Assembly (NCBI GenBank): GCA_036557945.1
Contig: DATBGM010000054.1
Location: 4,188-68,187, forward strand
Source: Bryobacteraceae bacterium
GTDB taxonomy: Bacteria > Acidobacteriota > Terriglobia > Bryobacterales > Bryobacteraceae
DNA: 64,000 bases
Direction of reading: 5' to 3'
Each line of letters opens with the position of its first letter. The stretch's first letter is position 1. The position numbers and the translations under genes are program-made. Below the pieces are notes generated by a model. It ran no database searches. It saw only the letters and a list, made by a program, of their open reading frames with translations, and was not told where the DNA came from. Shown one piece after another: positions 63,914 to 64,000 of this stretch.

Positions 63914-64000
63914 TCAGGGCGCATCCGACGAGTTGCCGGTTGCCTGTTGCAATGGCATGACGGAAGTCGCTTTCGAAACAAAATAGGCAATGACTCCGAG
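63914..64000 (-). CDS. possible 3' end of a gene extending beyond the window
   Basis: The minus-strand frame is open from 64000 to the TGA at 63916-63914 (…LGVIAYFVSKATSVMPLQQATGNSSDAP). It is too short to evaluate. Confidence 0.2.
   Translation of the reverse strand, partial: LGVIAYFVSKATSVMPLQQATGNSSDAP

Noticed and set aside
1-64000. Search for rRNA, tRNA, CRISPR arrays, transposases, integrases, and phage or defence genes.
   Set aside because: No intergenic region contains tRNA-like T-loop or acceptor features, regularly spaced direct repeats, or terminal inverted repeats flanking an ORF. No translation shows DDE, tyrosine or serine recombinase motifs or known defence-system motifs. This was done by eye only, and tRNAscan/Infernal/CRISPR finders were not run.

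Overview
High-GC bacterial chromosome segment. The gene content suggests Acidobacteriota (CarboxypepD_reg-type TonB-dependent receptor, PEP-CTERM proteins, PmoA-family protein), but this is inference only. The core is a complete, tightly packed division/cell-wall (dcw) cluster on the minus strand, running from about 23561 down to 7339: mraZ-rsmH-ftsL-ftsI-murE-murF-mraY-murD-ftsW-murG-murC-ftsQ-ftsA-ftsZ. A phased MraZ-box array and a promoter-like element lie upstream of it. Housekeeping loci flank the cluster: rpe, a bamD-like gene with a response regulator, fumC, recX, argC-argB with a short GNAT (ArgA-like), rseP-dxr, a Cys/Met PLP enzyme, and a cysD-cysN-cysH(APS-reductase type)-TauE sulfate assimilation operon. 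There are also several envelope or carbohydrate accessory genes. I found no rRNA, tRNA, CRISPR array, transposase/integrase or recognisable defence or toxin gene by eye, so I cannot point to an obvious new mobile or defence system. These items most deserve a second look: (1) a two-gene operon encoding an 1108-aa fucokinase-like GHMP kinase fused to a UDPGP-type pyrophosphorylase, plus a GalU-like protein with a degenerate glycine loop; (2) a sigma70-like promoter followed by a ~170-nt leader dense in long-range complementarity upstream of a Cys/Met-metabolism gene (candidate riboswitch, class not recognised); (3) promoter -10 boxes lying 6-11 nt from start codons, which suggests leaderless mRNAs, one of them with a perfect 18-bp palindromic operator; (4) a NagB-like/PmoA-family/MFS/Tat-hydrolase operon; (5) a PEP-CTERM gene whose signal peptide sits in a different frame from the mature part; (6) a perfect 26-bp inverted repeat. 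All function calls come from motif recognition by eye in the supplied translations. No database search or numerical computation was run.
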